DNA of 64,000 nucleotides from Ferrimonas marina (GTDB lineage Bacteria; Pseudomonadota; Gammaproteobacteria; Enterobacterales; Shewanellaceae): NCBI RefSeq assembly GCF_900129905.1, contig NZ_FQXG01000003.1, positions 512,249 to 576,248 of the forward strand, read 5' to 3'. Shown piece by piece: positions 57,632 to 64,000 of this stretch (position 1 is its first letter; each line of letters starts with the position of its first letter). The notes under the pieces were generated by a model. It saw only the letters and a program-made list of their open reading frames with translations, ran no database searches and was not told where the DNA came from. The position numbers and the translations under genes were made by a program.

Positions 57632-59014
57632 GTGCCCTGCTGCCATTTGTTCTGGGGCGTTGGAGTTAACGACGTTATGCATGCCACAATCACCGCTCAG
57701 CAAATAGAGAGTGCCTTGTCAAAGGGCGACCTCGGTCTCTTTATGGAATTGGCCTCAGCACACCCCAACGTATTGAGGGTTACACAAGACTCTCTGTCAT
57801 CACTGCTTGGGGGTCAGTGGAGTGCTGGCCATCTCGATGATCTTAAAAAGGCCTTTGCAAGGGTGAGCCCTTCTGGTGGTCCTGTGTTCGCTATCCCTAG
57901 TGTGGGTGCCCGGCCGGGGTATGATCTTGTTACTGAATCCGGTGAGGCCATGGCATTAATGCTCGCAAGCAGCGGTAAAGTCGTCGCTATGCCACACCGA
58001 GATAACGTCAAGTTAGTGAACATCGGAAAACGGCTGTTGCAAGATATAGAGTCAGCGGACCCAGCATTGCAAGCGAGGCGCGAAGCAGGGAGGCGACGGC
58101 GTGAACGGCAGGAACACATGAAGGCCCTGCGGCAGCCAGTACCGGCGGACTTCACTGCTGCGGTACAGCACATTGCTCAACATGCCCGGGATCTGGCCAT
58201 GTTCCGGGAAATGCTCTCGCCGAGCATGTTTGATTTGTCAGACCGAAACCTGACCCGGATCGGTAGGGCAGCACAGTGGTTTGGGCGGGAGGAAGCAGAC
58301 ACTCTAGCCGGCCAAGGCCAGGTCACTATCTTCCGCAAGGTACCATCCGGTAGGGGCTATGAGATTGAGTCCGGCGACTGGGTGGCAATCGACCCCGGCT
58401 ATGCAGAAGGGCATAGTCCTCAGAACCAGAATGTTGACGGCGAGGTTCTCTCTATGACCGTCCCCGGGGAGCACGTCTTTATGGGGGTTGATGCGAACGA
58501 GTGGGTTTACATCAACCCAGTGGATTGGGGTGACTTTGCCTCATTAGCCGAGGTCTACGAGCACTTCAGTCAGGTTCGTGCGATAGAGGACCCGTGCATT
58601 GGCACCTGGTATGAAGCAGGAGTTGTGGCCAAGGGGCAGGGCAGGGAGGCAATGCACTCCCTGGGGTTCTTCCGAGATGAGGCTAAGGCTAAATCCGTTG
58701 CTGAGGATCACGCCAAGGCCAGTGGCTTTGTGGGCCTGATCGCGTGTTTTGAGAATTTGCCTCTGCGCGTCGTAGAGACTTTGCCGGTTTGCGCTGAAGT
58801 GTCTGGCTCACTGCTGCAATCCATGGCGGACCAGTTTGCAGAGGCGGTGCGGATTGATAGCTCCGACGGGCCTGGCCTCCTGAGGACCCCCAGGTTCGGC
58901 ATCGAGCCAGAAACTGTCGTACTGTATACCGGTCGTTGGGGCCGGCATTACTCTCCGGATCACGCAGACAATCGCCTGTTGCGCCACAATCGGTCTGAGG
59001 AGCTCGGTCGCTAA
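57632..59014 (+). CDS. hypothetical protein (460 aa)
   Basis: Intact ORF; no motif recognised. Confidence 0.45.
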   Translation: MPCCHLFWGVGVNDVMHATITAQQIESALSKGDLGLFMELASAHPNVLRVTQDSLSSLLGGQWSAGHLDDLKKAFARVSPSGGPVFAIPSVGARPGYDLVTESGEAMALMLASSGKVVAMPHRDNVKLVNIGKRLLQDIESADPALQARREAGRRRRERQEHMKALRQPVPADFTAAVQHIAQHARDLAMFREMLSPSMFDLSDRNLTRIGRAAQWFGREEADTLAGQGQVTIFRKVPSGRGYEIESGDWVAIDPGYAEGHSPQNQNVDGEVLSMTVPGEHVFMGVDANEWVYINPVDWGDFASLAEVYEHFSQVRAIEDPCIGTWYEAGVVAKGQGREAMHSLGFFRDEAKAKSVAEDHAKASGFVGLIACFENLPLRVVETLPVCAEVSGSLLQSMADQFAEAVRIDSSDGPGLLRTPRFGIEPETVVLYTGRWGRHYSPDHADNRLLRHNRSEELGR

Positions 59015-59054
59015 TGCAGTCTCTGGGTAAGCCTGAGCAGGAGAGGGCAGTTAC

Positions 59055-59693
59055 GTGGAGTTGACCCATGATGTTCTCACCCAAATCGCTGTTCGCTGGT
59101 TGAAGCGCCCGTTCAGCGGTCGGGGGCCCGGGTGCCACGTCGCGCTCGGCGAGATCGGCAGTTACGGGTTCAATACCGGTGAGGTGGCCGATGCTTTTGG
59201 GTATCGGTACGATCGCTGGCTTCCAGGGTCTGTCCTAGTTGAGTGCAAAACCAGTCGCTCCGATTTCCTGGCAGATGCCGCCAAGCCCCACCGTAACGGC
59301 GGGAAAGCCGGGGTGGGCACCTATCGTTATTACATGGCGCCCGAAGGGGTGATCGGCTTGGATGATCTGGTGGGCACAAAGTGGGGCCTGCTGACCGTCA
59401 ATGGTCGAGGCCATGTGCGAGTGGAGTCCGGTCATATCGCTGGCATGATCTTGAGTAACATGACCGGGGCGGAGTGGGTCCGCTATTGGGCCCATGACCA
59501 GGTGAATTCCGAGCGGGAGATGATGTATCTGGCCCATGCTCTGCGTCGAGTTGGCGACCCGCAGGAGATGATCAGCCTACGACGGCTCGCCGATCGCCAG
59601 GAGCGGCAGATCGAACAGTTGAAGCGAGATCTAAATCGGTACCAGAGTAGAGAGCTGCTCGATGGGATTCTTGACTCACTGCCAGAGGTATAA
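59055..59693 (+). CDS. hypothetical protein, possible PD-(D/E)xK nuclease fold
   Basis: GEVADAFGY ... SVLVECKTSRSDF resembles motif II (D) and motif III (ExK); weak. Confidence 0.4.
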   Translation: MELTHDVLTQIAVRWLKRPFSGRGPGCHVALGEIGSYGFNTGEVADAFGYRYDRWLPGSVLVECKTSRSDFLADAAKPHRNGGKAGVGTYRYYMAPEGVIGLDDLVGTKWGLLTVNGRGHVRVESGHIAGMILSNMTGAEWVRYWAHDQVNSEREMMYLAHALRRVGDPQEMISLRRLADRQERQIEQLKRDLNRYQSRELLDGILDSLPEV

Positions 59694-59918
59694 GCGCAAA
59701 TTTGGGATGCCAAAAGGCTTGGTGGGAGCACCAAGAAGGGCACCAATCTCAACCCCGACTTATACAGAAGTCCCCATTGAAATCCTTTTAAATCAGTAGC
59801 TTGTGAAACTGAGCTTAACTCAGTCAGTCCCCAGCGACCCTGCCAGCCAATCAGGCCTACCTTTCAATTAACGTATTTGATACAACATACTTAGAGTGAA
59901 TGTTGCACGGAGTAGCGC

Positions 59919-60377
59919 TTGCTGGCTCTGTATATCTGGAGAACTGTCGTGACGCTAGACATTATCGCCCTAGACCTTGAAGGTACGCTGATATCGAACG
60001 CGATCAGTCAGTATCCACGGCCGCACCTGTACCAGTTTTTAGAGGGCTGCCACAGCTTGGCCCCCAGGCTTGTGATGTACACGACAGTAAGCGAGAGCAG
60101 GTTCCGCGAAATCGCCGCGCTCCTTGTGTCTGAGGGCGTGGCCCCGTCTTGGTTCTCTACCATGGAGTACATCGCTTGGACCGGGCGGGAAAAGGACCTG
60201 GCTTTTATCCCGGGCGCAGACATTAACAAGACCGTACTGGTGGACGATGTTGAGGCGTATGTGGCCGATGGTCAGCTCACGCAATGGATACCCATAGCGC
60301 AGTTTGCCAGCCCCTACCCTGACACTGATACCGAGCTATTGAATGCCCTTGAGGCAATACGAAACCACGCTAAGTAG
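59919..60377 (+). CDS. small HAD-like (NIF/CTD-phosphatase-like) protein
   Basis: LDIIALDLEGTLISN (DxE variant of DxDxT motif) and C-terminal TVLVDDVEAY. Confidence 0.4.
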   Translation: MLALYIWRTVVTLDIIALDLEGTLISNAISQYPRPHLYQFLEGCHSLAPRLVMYTTVSESRFREIAALLVSEGVAPSWFSTMEYIAWTGREKDLAFIPGADINKTVLVDDVEAYVADGQLTQWIPIAQFASPYPDTDTELLNALEAIRNHAK

Positions 60378-60478
60378 CCGGTTGAAAAATTAGACTGCCT
60401 ACGTAGGTTTCATCGGGCTAACGATGCCTCACCAGTAGGGTTGCTGAATGCCAAACCGATTACCAGGTCTCAGATGAC

Positions 60479-60781
60479 TCATTGCCTTAACAGTGCTTTC
60501 TTGTCCGGATGGCCAGCGAGCATTGCATTTAGCTGATTGGTATCCGATCTCCCTCTTGCCAGCCAGAGCGCACGGTGCAACAACAGCACACTGGGCTCGA
60601 TGCCTGCTTCGCTGGCCATATTGAGGACAAGCACTTCGCCTGGGTAGTTGGTGTTCCGGCGCCAGGTGCTCACTGACTGGACGGATACGCCGAGTCTCTT
60701 GTGCACTTGGTAGTCGGAACCAACGTTAAGCGCCTCCTTTATGAGGTCTAGAAATTGTGAAGGTGACATCGGGGATTGCAT
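60479..60781 (-). CDS. small HTH DNA-binding protein, phage CII/Cro-like
   Basis: HKRLGVSVQSVSTWRR resembles lambda CII HTH (AEAVGVDKSQISRWKR). Confidence 0.45.
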   Translation of the reverse strand: MQSPMSPSQFLDLIKEALNVGSDYQVHKRLGVSVQSVSTWRRNTNYPGEVLVLNMASEAGIEPSVLLLHRALWLARGRSDTNQLNAMLAGHPDKKALLRQ

Positions 60782-61052
60782 CGCTCGTCCTGTCCTTAGT
60801 GCAGTTGCCTAATACTCACTCTAAGCCTCGCCGATTAGCGCTAGCAAGTCCTCATAGTCCGCTTTGTGACAGCCCATCCGTCGGGCTCCTGGGCCGTGTA
60901 CGATTTCACATACATAAATGCGCACAATATAGATTATGTAAAACGGCTACAATGACTTAGCCTTGGCCAGGTTCCCCGTCGACCTCAGTGCTCAGCCCCT
61001 CTGCGTGATCACTTAACTGCCGCAGCCAATTGGGTATAATCCGCTCTCAACG

Positions 61053-62096
61053 TTGAGGCTCGATTTACCAATGAACAAAGCACGCCAATATGCCCAGGCC
61101 GATCAGGAGATACTCCGCTCCTCCACCAAGACAACCTCGATGTCACGGTCGGCTTTTGAAAATTGGGTTGAGCCCTATCTGATCTCCAATTCAGTTTTGT
61201 CTGTAGCTCATCACTGGTTCATGGCGTCATTGTACGGCGGTGAGCACGAACAGCCCTGGCAGCCACGCACTGTTGCAGGAATGCGCCAAATGCTGGCCGC
61301 TGAGGCCATCAGTGATTTGGAGGCCGAGTCCACCGCTACCCTGTTTGCCGGCATCAACGGTCGATTGAACATGCCGGTCATCCTGGCGCCTACCAGTCGC
61401 GATGTTTTCGAGCCGCAGCGCTACGCCAGGCCTGAGCATATGACCGCTTGGCCGATGGTGTTTTGTGAGCCAGCAATGATGCGTCGGCTTACCCCAGCCA
61501 ACCTGGTGAGGTTCTGTGGCTGGCCCCTGGCTGATGCCAAGCGACTGTTTGCCAACCTCTCGCCGCTGGGTCGGTTCGACCTTTACTTTGGCAAAGATGG
61601 CCCAGACGCTGCCAATATCCAGGTCTTTAACCGGCTGGTTGACCGTCCCAGTGCGATTTGGCGAATGCCCAGAGACCAGTTCCACAATCGCTTGGGGCAG
61701 CAATTTGCGGAGAGTGAGGTGGAGGCTGTTCTTGAGGCGTGGTACGCCCCACTCCCCATTCGACAAATTCGTCTGTGGCGCCATATTGCTGAGATGGAAT
61801 ATGGGTCGCTGCAACAGGCAGAGGAACAGGATTGGGCTGACCTGTCGATGGCCGCCCAGCATCGGCACATCGTTAATGCCTGCCGGCACTGCAGTCCGTA
61901 TAGCGAATTGATGATGAAATGTCCGCCTGGCAAGCGGCAGTTGGCTCACGACGTACTATTCGAGCGGATAGCTCGTGAGATCGCCGCCACCATGCCAGCC
62001 CTGAAAGGAGAGGCCATGAGACAACTGGAAGAGTTACTCAGTGGCGAGCGACGGCGCCGGCAGAGAAATCTGCCCTACCCCATTGAAGCGGCCTAA
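61053..62096 (+). CDS. hypothetical protein (347 aa)
   Basis: Intact ORF divergent from HTH gene. Confidence 0.45.
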   Translation: MRLDLPMNKARQYAQADQEILRSSTKTTSMSRSAFENWVEPYLISNSVLSVAHHWFMASLYGGEHEQPWQPRTVAGMRQMLAAEAISDLEAESTATLFAGINGRLNMPVILAPTSRDVFEPQRYARPEHMTAWPMVFCEPAMMRRLTPANLVRFCGWPLADAKRLFANLSPLGRFDLYFGKDGPDAANIQVFNRLVDRPSAIWRMPRDQFHNRLGQQFAESEVEAVLEAWYAPLPIRQIRLWRHIAEMEYGSLQQAEEQDWADLSMAAQHRHIVNACRHCSPYSELMMKCPPGKRQLAHDVLFERIAREIAATMPALKGEAMRQLEELLSGERRRRQRNLPYPIEAA

Positions 62097-62183
62097 GTGC
62101 CCGGCTTCCGATTGGTGATCTGAGTGCCGGCTTTCAGGGCCGTTCCTATGAGTTTAAGTCGACTGCCCGTGGTCTCTTCGTGT

Positions 62184-62621
62184 CTAATCCTGGCATGGCG
62201 GCTCGTCGAGTATTGGCGATTTGGTCTTATGCCGTCGTGCCAGGATCGCGAGTTGACGGGCTACTGACTCACCGTACCGGTTGACGGAAAACGCTTTGGC
62301 CACTGACTTGCTGTCAGCGTACCAGGTCGCGTGGTATATCCGATGTCCACTTTTTGAGTCTCTTCGCACGCTGACACCTACAGGAAGCGTGGTGTCTGTC
62401 CTGAAGACATGCTGACCCAGGGCTGTCTTGCTGTACTGCCATGGGTGGAGTTCGGGGTCGCGGCCAATTTGGTCACACAGTAGGTCCCGGAACTTTTGAG
62501 CGCGGTCGGCATCTTTGACGGAAAAGCTTCTTGGCTGAAACCCTGGAACCCGGACCCTAATCCTCTTGGGGGACACGGTAATGTACCAACCCAACGGGCC
62601 TGGAGACTTAGAGTATGACAA
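62184..62621 (-). CDS. protein with two AP2-like DNA-binding repeats
   Basis: GHRIYHATWY..KSVAKAFSVNRYGESVARQLA resembles AP2/integrase-type DNA-binding domain (G.RY.A.I....G....LG.F.T.EEAA.AYD); weaker first repeat GWYITVSPKRIRVRVPG. Confidence 0.45.
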   Translation of the reverse strand: MSYSKSPGPLGWYITVSPKRIRVRVPGFQPRSFSVKDADRAQKFRDLLCDQIGRDPELHPWQYSKTALGQHVFRTDTTLPVGVSVRRDSKSGHRIYHATWYADSKSVAKAFSVNRYGESVARQLAILARRHKTKSPILDEPPCQD

Positions 62622-62986
62622 CGGCTTGATCCTGCTTTCACTAACGATGTAATTAGGAGAATCCCCAGTGCTGGGGTGTCAGTAACGGCATGCAGGGTGC
62701 GAACATGGTCGCCCTTTTGGCTTCGAAGAACCTCAGCCAAAACGCTTCCTGGCCCAGTGGCCCCGGCGCATTGGGTGTATGAATGCCAGCCCGACGTTCG
62801 GCACCATATCAGGCCGCTTTCGCCTTACCCAGTACGTAGGGTTCCTCTTGTGTTCAAGTTCACAGTACTTGGGCGGTAGGTAGGACAGAGGATCCCTGCC
62901 ATGGCCAGTAGGTTGGCCATGGACCTTTGCGTTCGGTGAGCGTGAGTGTTGTGGAGCAGGACAGGGCTAATGAGTGCCCTACCCTG

Positions 62987-63874
62987 TTAGCTCCGCTCCA
63001 GAGTAGTTGCAGCTAGATCGAGTTCTTCTCGTGGGGTGAGGATAGCTGTTTGGGTGACGTCTCTATCCTTTATCTCTTTGGCAACCGCGCAACGGGCAAG
63101 TACCTCAAACTGACGACTCAGTTGGTTACAGTTAAACTGGGGGAAGGTGAAGTGGACAGGGCAGAACTTCTGAATCATGCCAATCCCGTCAAAGACCTTT
63201 CTTGGGTGGGTGTCGGGCTTCCAGTGCTGATCGAGGTGGCTCAGGCACTCGTCCAGGTTCAGGGGTTCATTTAGTTTGGGTAGCCAAAACGTCATGTAGT
63301 CGATACGGGCAAGGCCATCCAGTTCACCGTCTTCACACTCAATCAGAAATTCGGCCAGCATGCTGTGGTGCATTACGAGTTGGCAAAAACCTGAACCTCT
63401 TGGAGTGGTATTGGCGACACCAAACTGCCGGTTACTGTTGGTGTAATCACGTGCCAGTCCCTCTAGTCTGGACCAAGCTTCACTTCCTCTCATTTTCACG
63501 ACAATCCCGGTATCCGGCGGCGGGCGCTTGCCAAAGCCATGGAGTCGTTCGGTATGATCCATGTAGGTTTTGGCGGAAGCCTTGACCTTCTGCTCTTGCC
63601 CTTTGCGTTTGGATTGAGCCTCGGCGTGTGCTTGGGCTGCTTTATCCTTTACATCTACCCAGGTGGGCAGCAGCGAACTCAGGTCGACGTGGATAGCTTG
63701 GGCCAGTCCCTTCTGAATAGGTTCCAGCTGCTCCAGCCCTTTCTTCGCTGAAGCAAGCACTTCGGTGAGTTCCGAAAGCCTCATAGAGCACTTCAGGAGA
63801 TTTTCGAGGTGCTTACTGGTGTGATGATCGCTCACGTTTTGAGTCTCCTTCCTTTCCCTAGCGGGTGAGGTCAC
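62987..63874 (-). CDS. hypothetical protein (295 aa)
   Basis: Intact ORF. Confidence 0.4.
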   Translation of the reverse strand: MTSPARERKETQNVSDHHTSKHLENLLKCSMRLSELTEVLASAKKGLEQLEPIQKGLAQAIHVDLSSLLPTWVDVKDKAAQAHAEAQSKRKGQEQKVKASAKTYMDHTERLHGFGKRPPPDTGIVVKMRGSEAWSRLEGLARDYTNSNRQFGVANTTPRGSGFCQLVMHHSMLAEFLIECEDGELDGLARIDYMTFWLPKLNEPLNLDECLSHLDQHWKPDTHPRKVFDGIGMIQKFCPVHFTFPQFNCNQLSRQFEVLARCAVAKEIKDRDVTQTAILTPREELDLAATTLERS

Positions 63875-64000
63875 TGCTGAGGTCTATATCTTTCTCGTCG
63901 TCATCCACTGTTACGTAAATTATGAGAGTTGTTGGGTGAATTGCGAATAAAAACACTACCTTAGTGTTATTTCTCATTATCCCCGAACATTTCCACAATT

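Overview
GC-rich (about 58%) chromosomal segment, probably from a gammaproteobacterium: it carries a tRNA-fMet identical in sequence to the E. coli initiator tRNA, a tRNA-Ser(GCU), and recognisable sbcB, umuDC and PrpA-like phosphatase homologues. Recognisable housekeeping genes are few (2-Cys peroxiredoxin, exonuclease I sbcB, a cluster of tRNA-Ser and tRNA-fMet). The rest is a patchwork of accessory-looking genes with uneven GC. These include a tyrosine recombinase; an array of five copies of a 15-17 bp palindrome TGTGAAC-N-GTTCACA, with a sixth copy 41.5 kb away directly in front of a gene for a single-chain protein with three ribbon-helix-helix (RHH) repeats; a LexA-boxed umuDC operon whose UmuD appears pre-truncated and lacks its catalytic residues; a 2399-aa lipoprotein adhesin with many Big_2 domains; two PrpA/lambda-type Ser/Thr phosphatase homologues; a flotillin/SPFH protein; several pairs of tandem paralogous membrane proteins (RDD, SHOCT and bPH-like contexts); and many large ORFans in operon-like clusters (1145 aa plus 301 aa; a 943-aa HExxH protein; a paralogous AAA-like/winged-helix pair with a duplicated promoter-operator). 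No CRISPR array, IS transposase or conjugation genes were recognised. Start coordinates of many CDS are approximate. The products of most ORFans cannot be assigned from sequence alone.
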